Source: Alphaproteobacteria bacterium
GTDB lineage: Bacteria; Pseudomonadota; Alphaproteobacteria; JABAAW01
Length of the DNA stretch: 43,329 bases
NCBI GenBank assembly: GCA_014238315.1
Contig: JABABG010000021.1
Location: 1-43,329, forward strand
Reading direction: 5' to 3'
Part shown: positions 1 through 9,594 of the stretch, piece by piece
Numbering within the stretch: position 1 is the stretch's first letter
Layout of the letters: the number at the start of each line of letters is the position of its first letter
Notes under the pieces: generated by a model
Seen by the model: the letters and a program-made list of their open reading frames with translations, nothing else
Told to the model about the DNA's origin: nothing
The model's database searches: none
Program-made: the position numbers and the translations under genes

Positions 1-252
1 GCCGGTGTTATAGGGCGGGTCGATGTAGATGCAATTGACGCGCCCTTCGTAGCGCGGCAATAGGGCTTTGAGCGCGCGCAGGTTGTCGCCATGCACAATC
101 AGGTTACCATCGAGCCCTAACTGCTCGCCCTTCCTTGCCTGCTCGCCCTTTTGCAGCAGCGACTTTGCGGGGTTAGCTTTTAGCTCGGAGAAGGCAACCG
201 AGAGATGATGGTTATAGACGAACTCTTTGCCTGAGAAATCGAGCCTAGTCAT
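1..252 (-). CDS. mod: Site-specific adenine DNA methyltransferase, type III R-M Mod-like; 5' part only, runs off the window edge
   Basis: Not in the ORF track. Manual translation from ATG at 252: MTRLDFSGKEFVYNHHLSV...NLIVHGDNLRALKALLPRYEGRVNCIYIDPPYNTG. GDNL..LK and IYIDPPYNTG are hallmarks of beta-class Mod enzymes. AGGA lies upstream of the ATG. Confidence 0.88.
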   Translation of the reverse strand, partial: MTRLDFSGKEFVYNHHLSVAFSELKANPAKSLLQKGEQARKGEQLGLDGNLIVHGDNLRALKALLPRYEGRVNCIYIDPPYNTG

Positions 253-280
253 TGTTCGCCATCCTGAGCCCACTCTACGA

Positions 281-320
281 CTTTATAATTTTATAACTTT
301 AGAAGTTTATAACTTTAGAA
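281..320. repeat. Degenerate 8-bp tandem array, 5 copies
   Basis: ctttataa ttttataa ctttagaa gtttataa ctttagaa, directly upstream of the mod start. Confidence 0.8.
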
Positions 321-450
321 CTTCGACTCGCCACTCTAACATAACCCTTTGCATAAACCCAGCAACCGACCCTCCCCCCCCCGACCCAACCAACGCACGC
401 ACGCACCAAGCGCGACTTCGGCATCCCCCCAACCGCGATCCCCCCTGAGC

Positions 451-2241
451 CTATACGAGTATTTTTCCCTCGTCGGAGACTTCTTTATTCATCTCACCAC
501 CCAAGATCATTTCGTTATGCGCGGCACCCGAAGGTATCATTGGGAAGCAATTTTCTTTAGGGTCTACGCGAATATCGGCGATCACTGGTCCCTTATATTC
601 GAGCATTTCTTTAATCCCATCCTCGAGCTCGCTAGGCTTTTGCACGCGCAAGCCTTTTGCGCCGTATGCCTCAGCGAGCTTGACGAAATCTGGCAAGGAC
701 TCGCTATAGCTTTCAGAGTATCTGCTACCGTGCAATAGCTCCTGCCACTGCCTTATCATTCCCATATATTGATTATTTAGGATGAATACCTTTACTGGCA
801 ACCTGTACTGTACGGCTGTTGAGAGTTCTTGTATATTCATCAAGATAGATGCTTCGCCTGCAATATCGACGACTATTTCGTCGGGGAACGCCAACTGCAC
901 GCCGATAGCGGCTGGCAAGCCGTATCCCATGGTACCCAAGCCCCCTGAAGTCATCCACCTCCGAGGCTTTTCGAAGGGAAAATGTTGAGCAGCCCACATT
1001 TGATGTTGTCCGACTTCTGTGGTTATCCTTACGGGTTTTTGCCCGATAACTCTTTTCAGAGTTTTAATTGCTTGTTGCGGCTTTATGAGCTGACTATCGT
1101 TACGGAATTGCAACGAGTCCTTTTTTCTCCACCCTTGGATTACCTTCCACCATTTAGTTAATTCGCTCTGTTGTTTTCCCCTTTTACTTTGGTTAATTTT
1201 ACTCCAGGCTTTATTTAATTCTTTCAGAGCTTCCCCTGCATCTGCGCACATGGCTATATCTGCTTTAACGATTTTATTAATTGATGAAGGATCGATATCG
1301 TAATGAATTTTTAGTGCATTCGGCGCGAAATCCGCCAACCTCCCAGTTACACGGTCGTCGAAACGAGCTCCTATGCAAAGCATCACATCACAATCGTGCA
1401 TCGAATAGTTAGCCTCTAGCGTTCCATGCATCCCCAACATACCCAAGAACTGCGGCATCGAGGATGGTACCGCTCCTAAACCCATTAAAGTCGTGGTTAT
1501 CGGAAAATTACTTGCCTCTACGAATTTTTTTAACTCATTGCTCGCCAAGTTGCCAGAATTGATTACTCCTCCGCCAGCATAAATAATCGGCTTTTTTGCC
1601 CGCATTAGAACCTGAACCGATTGCTCTACTAGTTCCTTATCAGCCGACGTTTTCGGGCGGTAGTTGCTATGTCGGATATTCTCTGCGCTAACATAAGGAG
1701 CATGCGCAAACTGGACGTCTTTTGGTATGTCTATTAAAACCGGCCCAGGCCTGCCGCTACGAGCTATGTAAAAAGCCTCGTGCATAGTACGCGCTAAGGC
1801 CTCAGGTCTCCTTACGAGATAGTTATGCTTCGTGCATGACCTAGTGATCCCGGTCGTATCACATTCTTGAAACGCATCCGTCCCTATCAGGGTTTGCGGA
1901 ACTTGTCCGCACAAGCATACGATAGGTATGGAATCCATAAGCGCGTCTGTCAAACCGGTTACCGCATTAGTCGCTCCCGGTCCAGATGTGACCAAGACAA
2001 CACCAACCTTGCCACTGGCTCGAGCATAGCCCTCAGCCGCATGCACCGCACCTTGTTCGTGACGCACTAGAATATGCCGAATACTATTTTGTTGGAATAA
2101 CGCATCGTAGACAGGTAGCACTGCTCCACCAGGGTAGCCGAAAACCACATCTACTTCCTGCTCTACCAATGCTCTCAGAACTACCTCCGCTCCTATCAGG
2201 CGATCTTTGGCTACTACCGATTCTAGCGATTTTAACGACAT
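451..2241 (-). CDS. ilvB: Acetolactate synthase (AHAS) large subunit
   Basis: VFGYPGGAVL, RHEQGAVHAAEGYAR, TSGPGATN, TSGGLGTMGYGLPAAIG and GEASILMN...NN TPP-binding motif. Confidence 0.97.
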   Translation of the reverse strand: MSLKSLESVVAKDRLIGAEVVLRALVEQEVDVVFGYPGGAVLPVYDALFQQNSIRHILVRHEQGAVHAAEGYARASGKVGVVLVTSGPGATNAVTGLTDALMDSIPIVCLCGQVPQTLIGTDAFQECDTTGITRSCTKHNYLVRRPEALARTMHEAFYIARSGRPGPVLIDIPKDVQFAHAPYVSAENIRHSNYRPKTSADKELVEQSVQVLMRAKKPIIYAGGGVINSGNLASNELKKFVEASNFPITTTLMGLGAVPSSMPQFLGMLGMHGTLEANYSMHDCDVMLCIGARFDDRVTGRLADFAPNALKIHYDIDPSSINKIVKADIAMCADAGEALKELNKAWSKINQSKRGKQQSELTKWWKVIQGWRKKDSLQFRNDSQLIKPQQAIKTLKRVIGQKPVRITTEVGQHQMWAAQHFPFEKPRRWMTSGGLGTMGYGLPAAIGVQLAFPDEIVVDIAGEASILMNIQELSTAVQYRLPVKVFILNNQYMGMIRQWQELLHGSRYSESYSESLPDFVKLAEAYGAKGLRVQKPSELEDGIKEMLEYKGPVIADIRVDPKENCFPMIPSGAAHNEMILGGEMNKEVSDEGKILV

Positions 2242-2267
2242 TAGAAGAATAAGTGTTTTCTAGTTAA

Positions 2268-3287
2268 CTATGGGGATTGCAACTCATCATACAAAATTGC
2301 GGAGGCTTTGTCGAGTGAGTCGATTATAGTTAGACATATATTTTCTGTCGATTGCGTTAACGGACCTTCGAACTTCAGGGTAGCCTGAAGTTGGTGCCTC
2401 ATCCAAGTTGTTTGTCTTTTCGCGTAATTTCTTGTACGTTGCTGAGCTTCTATCAGCATTTGTTCCCGCAAAATTTTGCCATCGAGGTATTGGTAAATTT
2501 CCGCAAGACCGAGCGTTTTATGGATGGGTCTATCGGGTGGTATGCTTTGGTAATCACTTCGCAGTCTTTGCGCCTCCTCAATTGCACCATTCTTGAGCAT
2601 TTGTAAAAAACGGTTGTTTATTTTTTTGTACAAAATATCTCTAGGCGGGTCGAGAGTAACTACTATAGGTTTTATTCTCTTATTATACATTGAAATTCCT
2701 ACTTTATCTATCTTAGCTTGTTGCTGCGTTCGATAAAAAGCTAGGTTATGTGTTTCAAAAAATTCAAGTGCTCGAATAATCCGATGCCTATCATTATGGT
2801 TTAAATATTTAGCTGTTTCTGGGTCTTTTTGTTTCAATAGTTTATATAAATCTTTATTTTGCTGTTGCCATCTATGAATTCTGGCAACTGCACTTTTCTG
2901 CTTTTCAAAATTTGCTACAGGTAACCTTGTTAGACCGCAAAGCAATGCCTTTAGGTATAGTCCTGACCCTCCGCAAATTATGGCGACCGACTGCTTTGCC
3001 GATTGATGCAGAGACATTAGTAAGTTGTCAGCCTTCTCTGCATAAATACCAGCAGACAGCCTTGCCATAGGAGTTGCTATAGCGTATAGGTGGTGCGGAA
3101 TTTTTCTTTTATCGCTTGCTGTCGGTTGCGCTGTTAATATTGGCAACGATGAATATAGTTGCAGAGAGTCGCTATTGACTATAACGGCTTCGAAGTTTGA
3201 TAGTTTTTGCGCGAGCGTTAAAGCTAGGTGCGACTTTCCGCTCGCGGTGGGACCAAAAATACAGATATCTGGCTTTTGCGCGAGCAT
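2268..3287 (-). CDS. miaA: tRNA dimethylallyltransferase
   Basis: GPTASGKS, NSDSLQLY, GGSGLY, TRNYAKRQTTW; alphaproteobacterial miaA-ilvB order. Confidence 0.95.
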   Translation of the reverse strand: MLAQKPDICIFGPTASGKSHLALTLAQKLSNFEAVIVNSDSLQLYSSLPILTAQPTASDKRKIPHHLYAIATPMARLSAGIYAEKADNLLMSLHQSAKQSVAIICGGSGLYLKALLCGLTRLPVANFEKQKSAVARIHRWQQQNKDLYKLLKQKDPETAKYLNHNDRHRIIRALEFFETHNLAFYRTQQQAKIDKVGISMYNKRIKPIVVTLDPPRDILYKKINNRFLQMLKNGAIEEAQRLRSDYQSIPPDRPIHKTLGLAEIYQYLDGKILREQMLIEAQQRTRNYAKRQTTWMRHQLQATLKFEGPLTQSTENICLTIIDSLDKASAILYDELQSP

Positions 3288-3377
3288 TGCCTAATTCTTA
3301 CCCAACCCTTTAGTTTTTTCAATCCCGTATCACAACCATCGAGGTTCAGGTTATAATTAAACTATTGCGCGCTTCGC

Positions 3378-5024
3378 TTATACGCTACGTAACAAATCGT
3401 CTAGCATCTGCTGAACAGAATTTATAACCCTTGCATTGGCTGCGTAAGTTTGCTGCAATTGGTTAATCTTTAGGAACTCCTCATCAATATTAACGCCTAC
3501 AAAATTAGATAACAAAACTTGTAAATCGTCCTTAGCACCATTTTGCTGAACCGAGCGATCTTCGTAAGCTACAGCAACATCGCTTAACTTCACGGATATA
3601 CCTTGCACCAAACCATAGTAGCTCTGGTTCTCCTGCTGCAGAGCAGTAGGTAGTTGAGCGGCAGCCGCCAGAGTGCCTGCCGTAACTCGTTCTGTAACAA
3701 TAGAGTTCGCTGCTAGGGCTGGAGGAATTTGCCGCGTAACGGCATTGAAGGCAGATAGTATATTTTGTGATTCTTCTGTTGTTTCAAGAGAATCAATTAT
3801 ATTAATATTTACAGTTCTATCCGGCGTACCTCTAATAGTATATGTGTCTGGCGTGCCATCGATCAAATAAGATGAAAATTCAATTTCATTCCTAACGTTC
3901 ATAACTGGAGCAAGTGCAGTGCCATCTCTTACAGAGAATAAATCTCTACGTGCTAACAACAATAAGTTAGCATCCGTTTCACCCTCTCTCCGCAACTGAG
4001 CGATGCGGAAATTATGATAGGTGTCATTCAAACCACCAGAGGTAGCTATTTCATCAAGAGTTGCACTTGAGCTTCTACTATCGATAAGTGTCCTTGAAAA
4101 ATGCTCTAGCTGCGTCTCATATTTAGCAATCAGCGCAATATCTTCGTCAGTGCTACTAATACTGCTATCGCCATCTCGCACTAGATCGAACAAAGCGGTA
4201 ATGCTACCATTGCCAAGATTATGCTCGTCGCCCGTTGCTATAATGTTGGTATCAGTATCCAGAGATAGCTCTCGCGTGCCACGATCGAATCTCAACTCGC
4301 GTGCAATGTTTTCATAAACTAAAATTTTACCATTCTGTAAATATAAATTTTTTCTTCCTCTCGCATCTTCTACCACCTGTACCGATATTCTCTCTGCTAT
4401 CTCCCTGATCACTTCCTCGCGTTGATTAAGCACTCCTTCCTGCTGTCCAGTATTGTATGCGCTAGCGACTTGTCCATTCAGAGTGCGTAGCCTATCCGTA
4501 AGCCTATTCAGCTCGACAGTCTGTCTGTTTATTTGATCATCTATCCTGTATCGCAATCTTTGTAGACTCACTGATGTTTCTTGCACTTGAGTTACTAAAT
4601 CCCTACCACTCGCAACGAATTCGTTAAACGCGCTAGAGCTTTCAGGTGATGCTTGCAGGTCGCGCAAAGAGCTCTCGAAACGATTTATAGCCAAATCGAG
4701 AATTGGTGCTTCAAGCTCTCCACTAGACGATGTAACACCTCCTAAGCCTGCGGTAATTTTTATCTCTTCTGTATAGCTTTGCAATGTTGATCTATAGGCT
4801 GCCTCGGAAATTTGCCTAGTGTACCTACGCTCTAAACCTTCCGCGGTAACCCTACGCACCCTTGAGATACGAACCGTGTTCAAATCGGTAGTTGAAAAAT
4901 CTACCTCATGCCGATGGTAGTTAGGGTTTTCTGCGTTGGCTATATTTTGCGAACCTAATCTAACCGCCTCGCTTATAGTCAAGCTAGAAAGAGCTGCGCT
5001 TCGCAATGTAGAAAAAAGTGGCAT
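3378..5024 (-). CDS. flgK: Flagellar hook-associated protein 1 (divergent)
   Basis: N-terminal SQNIANAENPNYHR; C-terminal GVNIDEE...QQTYAANARVI; downstream of flgI-flgJ. Confidence 0.88.
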   Translation of the reverse strand: MPLFSTLRSAALSSLTISEAVRLGSQNIANAENPNYHRHEVDFSTTDLNTVRISRVRRVTAEGLERRYTRQISEAAYRSTLQSYTEEIKITAGLGGVTSSSGELEAPILDLAINRFESSLRDLQASPESSSAFNEFVASGRDLVTQVQETSVSLQRLRYRIDDQINRQTVELNRLTDRLRTLNGQVASAYNTGQQEGVLNQREEVIREIAERISVQVVEDARGRKNLYLQNGKILVYENIARELRFDRGTRELSLDTDTNIIATGDEHNLGNGSITALFDLVRDGDSSISSTDEDIALIAKYETQLEHFSRTLIDSRSSSATLDEIATSGGLNDTYHNFRIAQLRREGETDANLLLLARRDLFSVRDGTALAPVMNVRNEIEFSSYLIDGTPDTYTIRGTPDRTVNINIIDSLETTEESQNILSAFNAVTRQIPPALAANSIVTERVTAGTLAAAAQLPTALQQENQSYYGLVQGISVKLSDVAVAYEDRSVQQNGAKDDLQVLLSNFVGVNIDEEFLKINQLQQTYAANARVINSVQQMLDDLLRSV

Positions 5025-5074
5025 TAATTTATCCTCAATATGATTATTCTACAAATTTATAGTTTATGTAGAAT

Positions 5075-5626
5075 TTATATTTCCTGCCTGCCGCGGAAAG
5101 AAGTAGCAGAGCTTTCTGTCATTCTACCGTGCGCTGTATATGTCTGAGGGGATTGGGGAGAATCCTCTAACGCCGCATCCGACAATGCAGATAGTAAAGC
5201 CTCGGATGCTTGCAGGGCTGCAGATAGACGCAATCCGTTTCTACGCAACGCAGATTCAAAAGTAAAATAGAGATGACGGATACGAGTTTTAACTTTCTTA
5301 TCCATGCTTGCGACAACTGTTGGCAAGTCGCCTAACCGTGAAATCTGTACGTCGTGCTGGTTCAATAATATTTCTTTCTCCAAAGCAATAGAACGCAATT
5401 CTTGCAAAGGTGCTCTGGTTATTACTAGTTCAGTTTCTTTCTCCAACACTCGCGTAGCTTTATTTAGAGTTTGCGCGAGAGGAGCGAAACTGCCAAAGTT
5501 TTTTTCTAAATTTTTAACATTAATATTTTTATGCTTGTTCGCATTAGCATCACTTGTATTCTCAAATTTGGGTATATTAGAGCTATGAACTGTTGTTTCT
5601 TTAATATTTTGCTTCGTAGTTTTCAT
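5075..5626 (-). CDS. Putative FlgN-like flagellar chaperone
   Basis: Helical protein (LEKETEL, RRNGLRL, C-terminal TYTAHG) between the rod-binding gene and flgK; mostly a positional inference. Confidence 0.5.
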   Translation of the reverse strand: MKTTKQNIKETTVHSSNIPKFENTSDANANKHKNINVKNLEKNFGSFAPLAQTLNKATRVLEKETELVITRAPLQELRSIALEKEILLNQHDVQISRLGDLPTVVASMDKKVKTRIRHLYFTFESALRRNGLRLSAALQASEALLSALSDAALEDSPQSPQTYTAHGRMTESSATSFRGRQEI

Positions 5627-6021
5627 TTTGAATTAACCTCATCTAACTTATATAATGTATTTTTTCCTTTATATTGCGATTGTTGTTGAGCTTCTTCCTG
5701 CGCCTCTTGAAGGGTTAGTAATTGTTCGTAAATCATATCAGCTATACCAATGCCACCATTCTCGACAATAAGTTCTGCGTATTGCTCGCTCAACATAGAG
5801 TTCCATATTTTTTCGGCATGGCTACCGCCGCCGAAAGAATCTTCTTCTGGTTCTGGTATTATATCTTCTAGAATCGTGTGCAAAAAGAACGCCTCGAATT
5901 TCTTCGCTACCTCTAACGCCTCCTCTTGTCCTTCGACCTTGGATATGCCTCTGGATACTCCGTATGGAAAGGTCGGCACCTTAATGGTAGCAAGAGGGTC
6001 TGGCAGAATCGGTATATCCAT
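5623..6021 (-). CDS. flgJ: Rod-binding protein (single-domain FlgJ, no muramidase domain)
   Basis: AKKFEAFFL, FGGGSHAEKIWNSMLSEQYA, GGIGIADMI; directly after flgI. Confidence 0.88.
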   Translation of the reverse strand: MDIPILPDPLATIKVPTFPYGVSRGISKVEGQEEALEVAKKFEAFFLHTILEDIIPEPEEDSFGGGSHAEKIWNSMLSEQYAELIVENGGIGIADMIYEQLLTLQEAQEEAQQQSQYKGKNTLYKLDEVNSK

Positions 6022-6047
6022 AATTGTTTGCTCGACTTATAATCAAC

Positions 6048-7178
6048 TTATAGGATAACTAATTCCGCCTTCAACGCCCCTGACGCTTTGATAGCTTGTA
6101 ATATCTCAATTAAATCACGCGGACTTGTACCAAGCCTATTCAAACCCTCTACTAGCCTGCGCAAAGGAACGCTACGAGGCAACAATGCTACCGTTCCTCC
6201 TTCCGCGGTTTGTTGTATTACCGCTTGCGTATCCGCACCAGCGAAGGGCGATGTTTCCACATCAGCACTAACGCGCACAGTGAGGTTGCCGTGAGCTATC
6301 GCAACCTCTTCGATGGCGACATCAGCACCCATAACTATCACTCCAGAATGCTCATCTATAATAACCTTTGCAGGCTGATCTGTTGAAACGCGCAGTTGTT
6401 CGATATCTGCTATCAGCGAGACAGCTCCTCCGCGCTCCTGCGAAAGAATGAATAGGTCGACGGTACCAGGATCAATCGCCCTAGCAATCTCATCTCCAAC
6501 GAATCCGTTTATAGCTCCTGCGATTCGACTAGCGGTTGTAAAATCTGGGGTGCGTAGAGCAAGCTTTAAATTCTGCCTCGCGTTCAAGTCGAATGCAACC
6601 TCCTTCTCGACAATCGCCCCATCCGCTATTCTACCGCTGGTTGAAACACCGCGTTGCCCCGAGCCTTGTCTAGAAGCTACTTGCCTGCTGACCGCGCCAA
6701 TACCTACCCTACCCTGAGCGACAGCATAAACCTCTCCATCGGCTCCTACCAGAGGGGTGACTAGCAAAGTTCCCCCCTGTAGACTAGTCGCATCACCAAG
6801 AGCCGCAACGGTTACATCAATCCGAGAACCTTGACGCGCAAATGGCGATAGTGTCGAGGTCGTCATCACCGCAGCTACATTATCCGTGCGCAAGTTATTG
6901 TCTCGCGCATTAACGCCTAATCGCTCCAACATCCCCAAGAGACTCTCGCGAGTGAAAACGGAATCTTGTAGAGTGTCGCCCGTGCCATTTAGTCCAACTA
7001 CAATCCCATAACCCACGAGCATATTGTCACGAACACCCTCAATGTCTGTGATATCCTTGATTCGAGAAGTACCGAAAGCCTTCTGCACAAAAATAACGCA
7101 TATTATCGCTATCAAAGCGATGCGCAAAACCCAACCCATAAAAAAACGGATAATGAAAAACATATTTATCAATGCCAC
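6048..7178 (-). CDS. flgI: Flagellar P-ring protein (exact start uncertain)
   Basis: SRIKDI..EGVRDNMLVGYGIVVGLNGTGD, GDATSLQGGTLL, LQAIKASGALKAEL; signal-peptide-like N-terminus. Confidence 0.97.
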   Translation of the reverse strand: MALINMFFIIRFFMGWVLRIALIAIICVIFVQKAFGTSRIKDITDIEGVRDNMLVGYGIVVGLNGTGDTLQDSVFTRESLLGMLERLGVNARDNNLRTDNVAAVMTTSTLSPFARQGSRIDVTVAALGDATSLQGGTLLVTPLVGADGEVYAVAQGRVGIGAVSRQVASRQGSGQRGVSTSGRIADGAIVEKEVAFDLNARQNLKLALRTPDFTTASRIAGAINGFVGDEIARAIDPGTVDLFILSQERGGAVSLIADIEQLRVSTDQPAKVIIDEHSGVIVMGADVAIEEVAIAHGNLTVRVSADVETSPFAGADTQAVIQQTAEGGTVALLPRSVPLRRLVEGLNRLGTSPRDLIEILQAIKASGALKAELVIL

Positions 7179-7223
7179 CTAGTCTAATATTTTTTGCTGG
7201 AATTTCCGCTCTTCCTCATGTTA

Positions 7224-7239
7224 TGCAAAAGTTATGCCA
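7224..7239 (-). promoter_or_regulatory. Sigma54 (-24/-12) promoter of the flgI operon
   Basis: Minus strand TGGCATAACTTTTGCA: exact GG-N10-GC spacing, about 45 nt upstream of flgI. flgI operons are sigma54-dependent in Caulobacter. Confidence 0.8.
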
Positions 7240-7360
7240 TAAATTCGGTATGTTTCTTGTAGACTATTCTGAAACTTTGTTGCTTGATGGCTCGCTACCG
7301 CAGTAGTTTGTTGAGTGGGAATTCTGCACTCCCTTGTGACTTTACTGGGAATTTACTTAT

Positions 7361-8551
7361 ATGTTGCTAGACTTACTAGAAAACGAAAGTGCTCTGGAGG
7401 TGCTCGACCGCGCTGTAAATCTGCGTAACCTTGGGAGGCCCATAATCAACCTTGGAGTTGGACAACCGGACGCGCGAACTCCCCAACATGTCTGTGCGGC
7501 AGCGATAAAGGCAATAGAAGAAGGTAAGCACGGATATACGCCTCCTTTGGGTATTCCGGAGCTACGCAAGTGCGTTGCGAATTATGTAAAGAGACGTTTT
7601 GACTGTGAGGTGTCAAATGAACAAATAGTGATAACACCTGGTGGGAAAATGTCTATTTGCTGGGCTTTGTTGGTATGCCAAGCAATGGCGGGAGACGCTG
7701 ACGCTGAGTTTATATACCCCGATCCAGGCTTTCCTATCTACGCATCGATGGCGAGAGCAAGCGGAGCAAAGGCTGTGCCTCTCGCGCTGAACAGCGATGA
7801 CGGGTATGCTACAAGAGCAGAATATCTAAAACCACTGCTAAACAAGAATAGTAGATTGCTGATAGTAAATTCTCCGCATAACCCAACTGGAGGCGTGATG
7901 AGCGCAGAGCATTGGCAAGAAATAGCAGAGTTACTTATGGATTATCCGAAAGTTACCGTCCTATCGGATGAGATATACAGCGACTTTATTTTCTCCGATA
8001 ACTCTCGCCACGCTTCTCTACTTGCCCTTTCTTCCATGCGCGAACGTTCGATCATAGTACATGGTTGGTCGAAAAGCTTTGCGATGACTGGCTGGCGACT
8101 TGGATGGTCTATATGGCCGGAGACATTTATACCGCTTGTTTTTTCGCTCGCTGTAAACAGCTATTCCTGCCCTGCAGAGCATGTTCAACACGCCGGTATC
8201 GCCGCACTACAAGGCAAGAATAACTCAGGAACGTACGAACATACGGAAAAAATGCGTAAGAATTTTGCACGTCGCGCAAAACTCATTAGCAAAAGCCTTA
8301 ACGCGATTGATGGAATATCTTGCATAGAGCCTCGAGGAGCCTTTTATGTATATCCTAGCCTTGAAGGTAGAGGACTGTTAGGCATAGACGTGCAAAACCG
8401 CTGGCTCGATGAGATCGATGTGGCAGTCGTAGCTGGCGCGGGCTTCGGTAATACAGGCAAGCACCATATCCGCATATCTTGCGCTGCATCCGATGATGAC
8501 ATAACGGAAGCATTAGCACGCATAGAAAAATGGTTGCAAAAGAACCAGTAG
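7361..8551 (+). CDS. PLP-dependent aminotransferase class I/II (aspartate aminotransferase-like)
   Basis: LGVGQPD, NSPHNPTG, SDEIY, GWSKSFAMTGWRLG (PLP lysine), GAFY. Confidence 0.93.
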   Translation: MLLDLLENESALEVLDRAVNLRNLGRPIINLGVGQPDARTPQHVCAAAIKAIEEGKHGYTPPLGIPELRKCVANYVKRRFDCEVSNEQIVITPGGKMSICWALLVCQAMAGDADAEFIYPDPGFPIYASMARASGAKAVPLALNSDDGYATRAEYLKPLLNKNSRLLIVNSPHNPTGGVMSAEHWQEIAELLMDYPKVTVLSDEIYSDFIFSDNSRHASLLALSSMRERSIIVHGWSKSFAMTGWRLGWSIWPETFIPLVFSLAVNSYSCPAEHVQHAGIAALQGKNNSGTYEHTEKMRKNFARRAKLISKSLNAIDGISCIEPRGAFYVYPSLEGRGLLGIDVQNRWLDEIDVAVVAGAGFGNTGKHHIRISCAASDDDITEALARIEKWLQKNQ

Positions 8552-9534
8552 CTAGAAAATCCGTAGAGAGAGAAAAACAAGCAGACCGCTTGGATGAATG
8601 CTCCTTGCTTATAGCCTGCCTAAAGTGGCAAGTCGATTGCGGACACGACGGTTGGATCAAAAACTTTGAGCAGAGTGAGGATACTTATGGAAAGACTGCT
8701 CGCGGGTGGGAGAATGCCGATCTGGCAACTCGTAGGTTGTTGCAAAGTATAACTCGTAAGACATCTGCCGAAACCAAACAGCAACCCAAGCGAGTTGTAG
8801 CAGACGAGAAAGCTGATGGCCACAAAAAAGACAATCCTACGAAAGATAAAAGGCTGGATAATAGAACAAACAAGCAAATAAATAGTGCGGCAACACTCGC
8901 TCCTACTGATGCCGCAGCACAAGCGGAGGAAATTGCTCTATCTTGCAACAGTCTTGAAGAGCTTGAACGAGCGGTGTTATCTTGCACGCTATGCCCTTTG
9001 AATATAAGCGCGCGCAACGGAGTGTTTGCAGAGGGCTATCATCAAGCTGATTTGATGATAGTAGGCGAGGCACCGGGTAAGGAAGAGGACGAGCAAGGCA
9101 GACCCTTCGTCGGAGCGAGCGGGCAGTTGCTAATGCGGATGCTAGCTCATATAGATATCTCCACACGCGAGCAGTACTATATAACTAACCTCGTATATTG
9201 GCGTCCTCCTGGCAACCGCACGCCTAGCCCAGACGAGTTATTGGTATGCCATCCTTTTTTCAAACGCCAAATATCTTTGCTACGCCCGCGGCTATTGTTA
9301 CTTTTGGGTAATGTTGCAGCACAAACTATTTTACGCGAAAAAAACGGCATAACGCGACTGCGAGGAAAGTTTCTCGAATACAATATAGACCCAACCTACG
9401 AGCATAGAAGCTCAACGGCGGAGGCACAGCCCATAAGAACGCTAGCGACATTCCACCCATCCTATCTACTGCGCACACCTGCAAAAAAGGCTGCCACTTG
9501 GCACGACCTGCTGATGTTGCGTAAGGCGTTGTAA
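8530..9534 (+). CDS. Uracil-DNA glycosylase family 4 (start uncertain)
   Basis: CTLCPL, VGEAPGKEED, GRPFVGASG, RPPGNRTP, TFHPSYLLR. Confidence 0.92.
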   Translation: MVAKEPVARKSVEREKQADRLDECSLLIACLKWQVDCGHDGWIKNFEQSEDTYGKTARGWENADLATRRLLQSITRKTSAETKQQPKRVVADEKADGHKKDNPTKDKRLDNRTNKQINSAATLAPTDAAAQAEEIALSCNSLEELERAVLSCTLCPLNISARNGVFAEGYHQADLMIVGEAPGKEEDEQGRPFVGASGQLLMRMLAHIDISTREQYYITNLVYWRPPGNRTPSPDELLVCHPFFKRQISLLRPRLLLLLGNVAAQTILREKNGITRLRGKFLEYNIDPTYEHRSSTAEAQPIRTLATFHPSYLLRTPAKKAATWHDLLMLRKAL

Positions 9535-9594
9535 GGGAGTATTATTGAGGGTATTGCTGTTCTTGCAAGTTTTCAAATTCGGGAGCATTATGGA

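Noticed and set aside
227-738. Plus-strand ORFs 227-448 and 349-738
   Set aside because: Translations of the C-rich spacer and antisense to mod and ilvB; no protein-like features
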